Origin: an uncultured Thiomicrospira sp.
Lineage (GTDB): Bacteria; Pseudomonadota; Gammaproteobacteria; CAKMZV01
Direction: 5' to 3'
DNA length: 64,000 nt
NCBI GenBank assembly: GCA_965195345.1
Contig: OZ239628.1
Span: forward strand, 768,001 to 832,000
A model generated the notes under the pieces. That model was not told where the DNA came from. It did no database searches and saw only the letters and a list, made by a program, of their open reading frames with translations. Position 1 is the first letter of the stretch, and every line of letters starts with the position of its first letter. The position numbers were made by a program, and so were the translations under genes. Below, in pieces: positions 7,385 to 17,583 of this stretch.

Positions 7385-10300
7385 ATGGGATATATAAAGC
7401 GCTGGGCATTTCTGTTGCTGTTTGTTTTTCTGTCTGCCTGCGGTGGCGGTGGTGGTACAACACCTCCATCTACTAATACAGCACCAAGTTTAAGTCTCTC
7501 TGTCAATGCCGTAACGCTTGATGAAGATTTTGGTACCTTTATCATCAACACCACAGCAACCGATGCAGAAGATGGCGATCTTCCCGTTGCAGTGACTGGA
7601 CAAGATGCCAGTCTATTCGCCGTAACCACTTCTACCAATCAGATAATACTCACCTCCGTAGCTAATGCCAATGGCATAGCTACGCTTACAGTAAGCATTG
7701 TTGATAGTGGAAATCTCTCCGCTTCCACCGAAGTGGTGGTGATTGTCAATGCCGTCAATGATACGCCCACACTTACCTTTTCAACCACTCAATTTAATCT
7801 AAATGCAAACTTTACCCCGCAAACAATAGCAACAGCAACAGACGTTGATGATGCTTCCTTGCTCCTAACCTTTGCACTCTCTGCAACCGATGTAGTACAA
7901 ATAACGACGGTTGCTAATCGGTTTATATTAAATCCTATCACTAATGCTTTTGGCGAGACAACCATCACTTTAACAGCAACTGATAACAGCGGTAATCAGT
8001 CATCTCAAATTTTCACAGTGCGCGTTAACGGATTCCCTACATTAGCCTTATCAACGCAGCGTATCACTTTAGATGAAGACTTTGGCACTTTCGTCATCAA
8101 CATCACTGCAAGTGATGCAGAAGATGGCGTGCTTCCCGTTGCAGTGACTGGACAAGATGCCAGCCTATTCGCCGTAACCACTTCTACCAATCAGATAATA
8201 CTCACCTCCGTAGCTAATGCCAACGGAACAGCCACCCTTACTGTAAGCGCTAACGATAGTGAGAACCTCTCAGTCTCCACCGAAGTGGTGGTGATTGTCA
8301 ATGCCATTAATGATACGCCCACACTTACCTTTTCAACCACTCAATTTAGTCTAAATGCAAATTTCATGCCTCAGACAATAGCAACAGCAACAGACGTTGA
8401 TGATGCTTCCTTGCTCCTAACCTTTGCACTATCTGCAACCGATGTAGTACAAATAACGACGGTTGCTAATCGGTTTATATTAAATCCTATCACTAATGCT
8501 TTTGGCGAGACAACCATCACTCTAACAGCAACTGATAACAGCGGTAATCAGTCATCTCAAATTTTCACAGTGCGCGTTAACGGATTCCCTACATTAGCCT
8601 TATCAACGCAGCGTATCACTTTAGATGAAGACTTTGGCACCTTTATCATCAACACCACTGCCACCGATGTAGAAGATGGAGTGCTTCCCGTTGCAGTGAT
8701 TGGACAAGATGCCAGTCTATTCGCCGTAACCACTTCTACCGATCAGATTATGCTTACCTCCGTTGCCAATGCCAACGGAACAGTCACGCTTACAGTAAGC
8801 ATTGTTGATAGTGGAAATCTCTCCGCTTCCACCGAAGTGGTGGTGATTGTCAACGCCGTCAATGATACGCCCACACTTACCTTTTCAACCACTCAACTTA
8901 GTCTAAATGCAAATTTCATGCCTCAGACAATAGCAACAGCAACAGACGTTGATGATGCTTCCTTGCTCCTAACCTTTGCACTATCAGCAACCGATGTAGT
9001 ACAAATAACGACTGTTGCTAATCAGTTTATATTAAATCCTATCACTAATGCTTTTGGCGACACAACTATCACCCTAGCAGTATCTGATGCTGGTGTACGC
9101 TCTTCTTCTCAAGTTTTCACAGTGCGCGTTAACGCACCCACCGCATCGACAACACCTACGTTAGCTTTATCAACGCAGAATATCACTTTAGATGAAGACT
9201 TTGGTACTTTTATTATCAACACCACTGCCACCGATGCAGAAGATGGGACACTGTCAGTAACTGTATCTGGACAGGCTGGCTTATTAACCACTAATGCTAC
9301 TACTGATCAAATTACGCTCACTTCCGTTGCCAATGCTAATGGAACAGTTACGCTCAACGTACTTGCTGTTGACAGTGGTGGTCTTGCAGCCTCCACCGAA
9401 GTGGTGGTGATTATCAATGCCGTCAATGATAGTCCTACATTGACGCTATCAACAACTAACCTCAGCCTCAGTGAAGATTTTGGCACTTTCATCATCAACA
9501 CCACTGCAAGTGATGCAGAAGACGGAGCGTTATTAGTGATCGTATCTGGACAGGCTGGTTTACTAACCACTAATGCTACTACTGATCAAATTACGCTCAC
9601 TTCCGTTGCTAATGCCAACGGAACAACCACACTCACTGTAAGTGCCACCGATAGTGACGCTATTACAGTCTCCACCGAAGTGGTTGTTGTTGTCAATGCC
9701 GTCAATGATAGTCCTACATTGACGCTATCAACAACTAACCTTAGCCTCAGTGAAGACTTCGGCACTTTCATCATCAACACGACAGCAAGTGATGCAGAAG
9801 ATGGTGTGTTGTCTTTTACGGTATCTGGTCAAGATGCAAGTCTATTAACAGTTAGCACCTCTACCAACCAGATAATACTCACTTCCGTTGCTAATGCCAA
9901 CGGAACAACCACACTCACTGTAAGTGCTACCAATAGTGACACTATTACAGTTACCACCGAAGTGGCTATCACCATCAACGCCATCAACGATACTCCGACA
10001 TTGACTCTTGCTACAACAAATATTACCATCGTTGAAAATGCCACTGCTCGTCAAACCATTTCCATCACCAATGTAGCGGATGTTGAGGGAAGCACACTTA
10101 CTTTTTCAGTCATTGCCTCCACTTCTGTGTTTAGTAGTAATCCTACATCTGTAGTCTCCTTCTCAGACACAAGAATGATAACCTTCAGTAGACAAAGTAC
10201 TACAGCTCAACTCTATTACACTCTACGACCTGACAGCACAGGTACTGGCTTCATTCAAATCGCTCTCACAGATGGCATAGACACACAGTTTACAACTGTT

Positions 10301-13300
10301 ACCGTGACTGTGACAGAAGTTAAAAATCCGCCCCAAATCACCCAAGACTTTAGAACACATCGCTTCTTTGATGCGCGTGCAACACGTGTAGGCGCTGTTG
10401 GAGGTGTCTTATTTGCAGCACGAGGTGTATTTACAGAATCGACTGCAACAACCTCTACAGATGGTACGGGGAATTTTGGCAATCAATTAAACTTTGCCCG
10501 TTCCTTAGGGGGGAGTTTAGCCGAACTGTACACTGAGGAAACATATAACGCTTTATTGGGTTCTGTTTTGGTTGCCAATGGCGCTGCAACAGAAGGTCTT
10601 AATGATGATCGTTTTTGGCTTGGATTGACCGATATGCCTGACTCTTTTGGAGTCACCGTAGCAGATCAATCTTCGACAGATAACCGTTATTTTTGGTTAT
10701 CTGGTCAGCGAGTATCGCAAGGATCAGGTGGTACTCGTATAGACGTTCCAGGAGTATACATAGGCTGGGGGGCATCTGCTCCGGGTAATCAGGGTTGTGC
10801 TAATCTGATTATTGCTGACGACGTATCTGTAGCGCTCAGACCTTGGTCAAGTAATACATGCTTTGGAAATGTTTTTGACGCTATAAAAGCGTTGATGCAG
10901 TTTCCAAATGGCTTACCCACTACTTCTTCAATGCTTGTTCAAGCGAGGTTCCCCATCACACGCATTCGCTTAAGTGGTTATGATCTTGATGGTTCAGATA
11001 ATACATTGTCTTGGCAAGTTACCAATGCATCTGGCGGTAGCATCACTACTTCCACAGTTTATAGTAGTACTGGTGCACAAACCTTAGAGATTGCTTACAC
11101 CCCTGTGAGCAGTTTTGCAGGCACTGCAACCCTTGTTGTAAGCTTAGATGATGGCGATAGTGCTACACAAAATAGTACTGCCCGTGTATTAGTGGTTAAT
11201 AGTACACCGATCCTAATACTCTCAACCAATACTATTAGCTTAGATGAAGACTTTATCAGCTTCATCATTAACACCACTGCAACCGATGCAGCAGGGATAA
11301 CCGGCTTTAGTGTTAGCACAGGAAATGGCGTTGTTGATGTAACCACCTCTGCTAATGCAATTACGCTGCAATCACTTGCGAATATAAGTGGTACTGTAAC
11401 CTTAACAGTCGTTGCGGATAGTGGTCTTTTGGCAAATACACAGACGATTAGCGTTGTGGTTAATCCAGTCAACGACACTCCCACGCTGTCTTTATCTGTG
11501 ACGCAAAGGGCGCTTGCTCAAGATTTTGGCACTTTTGTTATCAACACCACTGCAACCGATGTGGAATCAGGCCCATTGGGCTTTAGTGTCAGTACAGGTA
11601 ATGGTATTGTCAATGTGACAACCTCTGTCAATACGATTACTCTGCAATCACTCGCTAATGTCATAGGCAATGTGACGTTAACGGTTAGCGTAAGCGATGG
11701 ACTATTGACGACGACACAGTCGATTTTTATAACTGTTAGTAGGGTGTTTACGCTTGAAGTATCGACAAACACTATCGTTTTAGATGAAGATTTTAATACC
11801 TTTATCATTAACACCACTGCAACGGCTGCAGATGGGACTATATTACCTATTTCAGTATTGCAGAGCACGCCTAATTTACTTACATTCAATGCCACAACTG
11901 GGCGTATTACCCTCTCATCTATTGCGAATGTGAATGGTGTAACGACCCTTACCGTCAGTGCAACCAATCAAGGTGGATTAACGAACACGACAGAAGTAGC
12001 CATTACCATTAATTCCATTAATGATACTCCAACGCTCAGTTTATCAAATACAAACTTAATCTTGGCATCTAATAGCACTGGTTTGATAACTGCCTTTGTC
12101 ACGGATGTGGAAACAAGCAGTGCCTCATTGACCTTTTCGGTACAACAAAATCCATCTTTGTTACAGGTGAGTACACAAGGCAATGTCATCGTGCTGAGAT
12201 CGAATGCTACTGCAGGCTCAACCACTTTAGTGATAACTGTTACTGATGGCGATGGTTTAAGCACTTCAGCAACCGCTCGAGTTACTGTTCTATCAAATGT
12301 TTTGAATATTGCTTTAAATGTTAAGCGCATTGATTTTTCTTGGAGCACACTTCCTACAGCAAATCATTACCGCATGCTTAGCAATGTCGATTTGAATGCT
12401 GGTGGAGGTTTTGTTGATGCCAGTAGCGCAAGCTTAGTTTTTATACCGAATAGTACGAATATTATCAATACTACAGTCTCTGCGATAGTGGATGTAGCAC
12501 GCTATCTTTCTACGGCTAATGGACCACAGTACCTGCTAGAAGCTTGTAGTAGTGTGGACAACTCCGTTTGTTCTAATCTTGCGCAACAAACTTTGAGCAA
12601 TGCCCAGTTAGAAGGGCTGATTGGTTATTTCAAAGCATCTAATACAGATATTGATGATAGGTTTGGTCGTAATGTAGCAATAAGCGGTGATGGCAACACA
12701 TTAGTTGTCGGTGCACCACTTGAGGACAGCACTGCCACTGGCATCAACGGCGATCAATTAGACAATTCTGCAAGTAACTCTGGTGCAGCCTATGTTTTCG
12801 TGCGCAGTAGTACGGGCAGCTGGCGTCAACAAGCATACATTAAAGCCTCTAATACTGGAAGTTTTGACCAGTTTGGTGCAGCTGTATCGATAAGCGATAA
12901 TGGTAATACGCTAATTGTTGGTGCGTTTGGGGAGGACAGCACCGCCACGGGTATCAACGGCGATGAAGCAATTAATAGTGCAAGTGCCTCTGGTGCAGCT
13001 TATGTTTTTGTGCGCAGTAGTACGGCGGGCACATGGAGTCAACAAGCTTATCTCAAAGCATCTAATACAGGAGCTGGAGATAATTTTGGCCGAGGTGTTT
13101 CAATTAGTGGTGATGGTACTACGCTAATTGTTGGTGCACCTTTCGAAGACAGCACCGCCACGGGCATCAACGGCGATGAAGCAAGTAATGGGGCATCTGC
13201 ATCTGGTGCAGCTTATGTTTTTGTGCGCAGTAGTACAGATAGTACGTGGAGCCAACAGGTCTACCTTAAAGCATCAAACACAGGGGGAAATGATCAATTT

Positions 13301-14083
13301 GGTACAGCTGCATCAATAAGCAGTAATGGTAATACGATCATTGTTGGTGCACGTGGTGAAGGCAGCAGTGCTATGGGTATCAACGGTGATGAATCCAGCG
13401 ATACTGCTTTTCTTGCCGGTGCAGTCTATGTTTTTGTACGCAGTAGTACAGATTCATCATGGAGTCAACAAGCCTACCTTAAAGCATCAAATACAGATGG
13501 AGATGATCAATTTGGTGTAGCTGTATCAGTGAGTGATGATGGTAATACGCTTGTAGTAGGTGCATTATTTGAGGACAGCACTGCTACTGGCATTAATGGC
13601 AATCAAACAAGCAGTGGTGCAGATGGCTCTGGTGCAGCCTATCTTTTTGTGCGCAGCAGTACCGGCACGTGGAGTCAACAAGCCTACATCAAAGCCTCTA
13701 ATACAGGAGCTGATGATTCATTTGGTAATTATGTGTCAATAAGCGGTGATGGTAATACGTTTGTAGTCAGTGCACCGAATGAGGACAGTATTGCCACGGG
13801 TATAAACGGTGATCAAGGCAATGTGAGCATTCTTTCCAACTTCGGTGCAGCCTATCTCTTTGTGCGCAGCAGCACAGGCACATGGAGTCAACGAAGCTAT
13901 ATCAAAGCCTCAAATACTGATGCAAACACATTCGGCAGTATTTCATTTGGTAGTGCGTCGATAAGTGATGATGGTAAAACGCTTGCTGTCGGTGGATTTG
14001 GGGAAGGAAGTAGTGCCCGTGGTATCAATGGCGATCAAACAGACCTTAGTGCCTCTGGCTCTGGTGCAGTGTATTTATATTAG
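7385..14083 (+). CDS. Giant lipoprotein adhesin, 2232 aa (cadherin-like stalk, one CTLD, FnIII-like, FG-GAP propeller)
   Basis: LSAC-G5 lipobox, repeats, CTLD motifs, 7 FG-GAP blades. Confidence 0.95.
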   Translation: MGYIKRWAFLLLFVFLSACGGGGGTTPPSTNTAPSLSLSVNAVTLDEDFGTFIINTTATDAEDGDLPVAVTGQDASLFAVTTSTNQIILTSVANANGIATLTVSIVDSGNLSASTEVVVIVNAVNDTPTLTFSTTQFNLNANFTPQTIATATDVDDASLLLTFALSATDVVQITTVANRFILNPITNAFGETTITLTATDNSGNQSSQIFTVRVNGFPTLALSTQRITLDEDFGTFVINITASDAEDGVLPVAVTGQDASLFAVTTSTNQIILTSVANANGTATLTVSANDSENLSVSTEVVVIVNAINDTPTLTFSTTQFSLNANFMPQTIATATDVDDASLLLTFALSATDVVQITTVANRFILNPITNAFGETTITLTATDNSGNQSSQIFTVRVNGFPTLALSTQRITLDEDFGTFIINTTATDVEDGVLPVAVIGQDASLFAVTTSTDQIMLTSVANANGTVTLTVSIVDSGNLSASTEVVVIVNAVNDTPTLTFSTTQLSLNANFMPQTIATATDVDDASLLLTFALSATDVVQITTVANQFILNPITNAFGDTTITLAVSDAGVRSSSQVFTVRVNAPTASTTPTLALSTQNITLDEDFGTFIINTTATDAEDGTLSVTVSGQAGLLTTNATTDQITLTSVANANGTVTLNVLAVDSGGLAASTEVVVIINAVNDSPTLTLSTTNLSLSEDFGTFIINTTASDAEDGALLVIVSGQAGLLTTNATTDQITLTSVANANGTTTLTVSATDSDAITVSTEVVVVVNAVNDSPTLTLSTTNLSLSEDFGTFIINTTASDAEDGVLSFTVSGQDASLLTVSTSTNQIILTSVANANGTTTLTVSATNSDTITVTTEVAITINAINDTPTLTLATTNITIVENATARQTISITNVADVEGSTLTFSVIASTSVFSSNPTSVVSFSDTRMITFSRQSTTAQLYYTLRPDSTGTGFIQIALTDGIDTQFTTVTVTVTEVKNPPQITQDFRTHRFFDARATRVGAVGGVLFAARGVFTESTATTSTDGTGNFGNQLNFARSLGGSLAELYTEETYNALLGSVLVANGAATEGLNDDRFWLGLTDMPDSFGVTVADQSSTDNRYFWLSGQRVSQGSGGTRIDVPGVYIGWGASAPGNQGCANLIIADDVSVALRPWSSNTCFGNVFDAIKALMQFPNGLPTTSSMLVQARFPITRIRLSGYDLDGSDNTLSWQVTNASGGSITTSTVYSSTGAQTLEIAYTPVSSFAGTATLVVSLDDGDSATQNSTARVLVVNSTPILILSTNTISLDEDFISFIINTTATDAAGITGFSVSTGNGVVDVTTSANAITLQSLANISGTVTLTVVADSGLLANTQTISVVVNPVNDTPTLSLSVTQRALAQDFGTFVINTTATDVESGPLGFSVSTGNGIVNVTTSVNTITLQSLANVIGNVTLTVSVSDGLLTTTQSIFITVSRVFTLEVSTNTIVLDEDFNTFIINTTATAADGTILPISVLQSTPNLLTFNATTGRITLSSIANVNGVTTLTVSATNQGGLTNTTEVAITINSINDTPTLSLSNTNLILASNSTGLITAFVTDVETSSASLTFSVQQNPSLLQVSTQGNVIVLRSNATAGSTTLVITVTDGDGLSTSATARVTVLSNVLNIALNVKRIDFSWSTLPTANHYRMLSNVDLNAGGGFVDASSASLVFIPNSTNIINTTVSAIVDVARYLSTANGPQYLLEACSSVDNSVCSNLAQQTLSNAQLEGLIGYFKASNTDIDDRFGRNVAISGDGNTLVVGAPLEDSTATGINGDQLDNSASNSGAAYVFVRSSTGSWRQQAYIKASNTGSFDQFGAAVSISDNGNTLIVGAFGEDSTATGINGDEAINSASASGAAYVFVRSSTAGTWSQQAYLKASNTGAGDNFGRGVSISGDGTTLIVGAPFEDSTATGINGDEASNGASASGAAYVFVRSSTDSTWSQQVYLKASNTGGNDQFGTAASISSNGNTIIVGARGEGSSAMGINGDESSDTAFLAGAVYVFVRSSTDSSWSQQAYLKASNTDGDDQFGVAVSVSDDGNTLVVGALFEDSTATGINGNQTSSGADGSGAAYLFVRSSTGTWSQQAYIKASNTGADDSFGNYVSISGDGNTFVVSAPNEDSIATGINGDQGNVSILSNFGAAYLFVRSSTGTWSQRSYIKASNTDANTFGSISFGSASISDDGKTLAVGGFGEGSSARGINGDQTDLSASGSGAVYLY
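10470..10908 (+). other. C-type lectin-like domain, copy 2 (approximate bounds)
   Basis: FWLGLTD..YFWLSG..GCANL..WSSNTC..ALMQF. Confidence 0.75.
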
Positions 14084-14343
14084 AATTTAAATAGCTAAAG
14101 GGCAACTAAATTTGCTTGAATTTGCTTGATTGACCCTACCACTATGTATTCATCAGGCAGACAGGAAGGCAGCTTTTCTGCTTAACGTTTATTGCTTTAA
14201 ATGTTATAAACATGCTTGTATGTTTTCTCATGCTTTAATTTATAATAAATCAAGTTGTCACAGTGCATAATATGAGCTTCTATGTCATGCATAAACTGTA
14301 GTGAAATTTTAATTACATAATTAAGCACATAAGGTGAATTGAT
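14084..14343 (+). promoter_or_regulatory. Conserved spacer, type A, with a 10-bp tandem duplication AATTTGCTTG
   Basis: TTGTAT(14216)-N19-TATAAT(14241); duplication at 14109-14128. Confidence 0.55.
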
Positions 14344-17337
14344 ATGGGATACATAAAGCGCTGGGCATTTCTGTTGCTGTTTGTTTTTCTGTCTGCCTGC
14401 GGTGGCGGTGGTGGTACAACACCTCCATCTACTAATACAGCACCAAGTTTAAGTCTCTCTGTCAATGCCGTAACGCTTGATGAAGATTTTGGTACCTTTA
14501 TCATCAACACCACAGCAACCGATGCAGAAGATGGCGATCTTCCCGTTGCAGTGACTGGACAAGATGCCAGTCTATTCGCCGTAACCACTTCTACCAATCA
14601 GATTATGCTTACCTCCGTTGCTAATGCCAACGGCATAGCTACACTTACAGTAAGTATTGTTGATAGTGGAAATCTCTCCGCTTCCACCGAAGTGGTGGTG
14701 GTTGTCAATGCCGTCAATGATACGCCCACACTTACCTTTTCAACCACTCAATTTAGTCTAAATGCAAATTTCATGCCTCAGACAATAGCAACAGCAACAG
14801 ACGTTGATGATGCTTCCTTACTCCTAACCTTTGCACTATCTGCAACCGATGTGGTACAAATAACGACGGTTGCTAATCGGTTTATATTAAATCCTATCAC
14901 TAATGCTTTTGGCGAGACAACCATCACTCTAACAGCAACTGATAACAGCGGTAATCAGTCATCTCAAATTTTCACAGTGCGCGTTAACGGATTCCCTACA
15001 TTAGCCTTATCAACGCAGCGTGTCACTTTAGATGAAGACTTTGGTGCCTTTATCATCAACACCACTGCCACCGATGCAGAAGATGGCGTGCTTCCCGTTG
15101 CAGTGACTGGACAAGATGCCAGTCTATTCGCCGTAACCACTTCTACCGATCAGATTATGCTTACCTCCGTTGCCAATGCCAACGGAACAGTCACGCTTAC
15201 AGTAAGCATTGTTGATAGTGGAAATCTCTCCGCTTCCACCGAAGTGGTGGTGGTTGTCAATGCCGTCAATGATACGCCAACGTTAAGTTTATCAAGTACA
15301 AACTTAACCTTATTGCCCAATAGTACTGGTAGGATAACTGCCTTTGTCACGGATGTGGAAACAAGTAGTGCCTCATTGACCTTTTCGGTACAACAAAATC
15401 CATCTTTGTTACAGGTGAGCACACCAGGCAATGTCATCGTGCTGAGATCGAATGCTACTACAGGCTCAACCACTTTAGTGATAACCGTTACTGATGGCGA
15501 TGGTTTAAGCACTTCAGCAACCGCTCAAGTTACTGTTAGAATTGGTGTTTTGAATATTGCTTTAAATGTTAAGCGCATTGATTTTTCTTGGGAAAACTTC
15601 CCTGCAGCAAATCATTACCGCATGCTCAGTAATGTCGATTTAAACACTGGTGGTGGTTTTGTTGATGCCAGTAGCGCAAGCTTAGTTTTTATACCGAATA
15701 GCACGAATATTATCAATACCACAGTCTCTGCGATAGTGGATGTAGCAGGCTATCTTTCTGCGGCTAATGGGCCACAGTATCTGCTACAAGCTTGTACCAG
15801 TGTGGACAACTCCGTTTGTTCTGATCTTGCGGAACAAACTCTGAGCAATGCCCAGTTAGAGGGGGTGATTGGTTATTTCAAAGCATTAAACACAGGGGAA
15901 AATGATCAATTTGGCACGGCTGTAGCAATAAGCGGTGATGGCAACACATTAGTTGTCGGTGCACCATTTGAAGACAGTACTGCCACCGGAATAAATGGCG
16001 ATCAAACAAACAATGGTGCAAGTAATGCTGGTGCAGTCTATGTATTTGTGCGCAACAGTGCAGGCAGCTGGCGTCAACAAGCCTACGTCAAAGCCTCTAA
16101 TACAGAAGCCAATGATCGGTTTGGTACAGCTGTATCGATAAGCGATAATGGTAATACGCTAATTGTTGGTGCATTTGGGGAGGACAGCACCTCCACGGGC
16201 ATCAACGGCAATGAGACAAGTAATGGAGCATCTGGCTCTGGTGCAGCCTATGTTTTTGTGCGCAGTAGTACGGCGGGCACATGGAGTCAACAAGCCTATC
16301 TCAAAGCATCTAATACAGGAGCTGGAGATGATTTTGGCCGAGACGTTTCAATTAGTGGTGATGGTAATACGCTAATTGTTGGTGCACCTTTCGAAGACAG
16401 CACCGCCACGGGCATCAACGGCGATGAGGCAATTAATAGTGCAAGTGGCTCTGGTGCAGCTTATGTTTTTGTGCGCAGTAGTACAGATTCATCATGGAGC
16501 CAACAGGTCTACCTTAAAGCATCAAACACAGGGGGAAATGATCAATTTGGTACAGTTGCATCAATAAGCAGTAATGGTAATACGATAGTTGTTGGTGCAC
16601 GTTTGGAAGCCAGCACTGCCACGGGCATCAACGGCAATGAAACAAGTAATGGAGCACCTGGCTCTGGTGCAGCCTATGTTTTTGTGCGTAGTAGTACAGA
16701 TTCATCATGGAGTCAACAAGCCTACCTTAAAGCATCAAATACAGATCAAGATGATCGATTTGGTACAGCTGTATCGGCGAGTGATGATGGTAATACGCTT
16801 ATAGTCGGTGCATTACTTGAGGACAGCACTGCTACTGGCATTAATGGTAATCAAACAAGCAATGGTGCAAGTAACTCTGGTGCAGCCTATGTTTTTGTGC
16901 GTAGTAGTACAGATTCATCATGGAGTCAACAAGCCTACCTTAAAGCATCAAACACAGATGCAAATGATACATTTGGTAATTATGTGGCAATAAGCGGTGC
17001 TGGTAATACCCTTATAGTCAGTGCGCCGAATGAGGACAGTAATGCCACGGGTATAAACGGCGATCAATCAATAAATGTGAGCAGTCCGCCTGACTTAGGT
17101 GCAGCCTATCTCTTTGTGCGCAGTAGCACGGGTACATGGAGTCAACAAGCCTACATCAAAGCCTCAAATAATGATACAAACACATCCGGCAATAATTTAT
17201 TTGGTAGTGCATCGATAAGTGATGATGGTAAAACGCTTGCTGTCGGTGCACCATTTGAGGACAGCGCCGCCACCGGAATAAATGGTGATCAAACAGACAA
17301 TAGTCTAAATAATGCTGGTGCAGTGTATTTATATTAG
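14344..17337 (+). CDS. Lipoprotein adhesin, 997 aa, short stalk, no CTLD
   Basis: Lipobox, ~4 Ig-like repeats, FnIII-like domain, 7 FG-GAP blades. Confidence 0.95.
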   Translation: MGYIKRWAFLLLFVFLSACGGGGGTTPPSTNTAPSLSLSVNAVTLDEDFGTFIINTTATDAEDGDLPVAVTGQDASLFAVTTSTNQIMLTSVANANGIATLTVSIVDSGNLSASTEVVVVVNAVNDTPTLTFSTTQFSLNANFMPQTIATATDVDDASLLLTFALSATDVVQITTVANRFILNPITNAFGETTITLTATDNSGNQSSQIFTVRVNGFPTLALSTQRVTLDEDFGAFIINTTATDAEDGVLPVAVTGQDASLFAVTTSTDQIMLTSVANANGTVTLTVSIVDSGNLSASTEVVVVVNAVNDTPTLSLSSTNLTLLPNSTGRITAFVTDVETSSASLTFSVQQNPSLLQVSTPGNVIVLRSNATTGSTTLVITVTDGDGLSTSATAQVTVRIGVLNIALNVKRIDFSWENFPAANHYRMLSNVDLNTGGGFVDASSASLVFIPNSTNIINTTVSAIVDVAGYLSAANGPQYLLQACTSVDNSVCSDLAEQTLSNAQLEGVIGYFKALNTGENDQFGTAVAISGDGNTLVVGAPFEDSTATGINGDQTNNGASNAGAVYVFVRNSAGSWRQQAYVKASNTEANDRFGTAVSISDNGNTLIVGAFGEDSTSTGINGNETSNGASGSGAAYVFVRSSTAGTWSQQAYLKASNTGAGDDFGRDVSISGDGNTLIVGAPFEDSTATGINGDEAINSASGSGAAYVFVRSSTDSSWSQQVYLKASNTGGNDQFGTVASISSNGNTIVVGARLEASTATGINGNETSNGAPGSGAAYVFVRSSTDSSWSQQAYLKASNTDQDDRFGTAVSASDDGNTLIVGALLEDSTATGINGNQTSNGASNSGAAYVFVRSSTDSSWSQQAYLKASNTDANDTFGNYVAISGAGNTLIVSAPNEDSNATGINGDQSINVSSPPDLGAAYLFVRSSTGTWSQQAYIKASNNDTNTSGNNLFGSASISDDGKTLAVGAPFEDSAATGINGDQTDNSLNNAGAVYLY

Positions 17338-17583
17338 AATTTAAATAGCTAAAAGGCAACTAAAGTTGTTTGATTAATCCTACCATTATGTATTCATCAG
17401 AAGGGCAGACAGCTTTTCTGCTTAACGTTTATTGCTGTAAATGTTATAAAATATTTGCATACTTCCTCATGCTTTAATTTATAATGAATAGGATTGCTAG
17501 ATTGTAGGCATACTGCTTTTATCAAACACATAAGCTGTTGCGATAATTGTGATTTCATAGTTAAAAATAAAATATAGGACTAA
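17338..17583 (+). promoter_or_regulatory. Conserved spacer, type B leader
   Basis: TTGCAT(17455)-N19-TATAAT(17480); different 3' half; SD AGGA. Confidence 0.55.
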
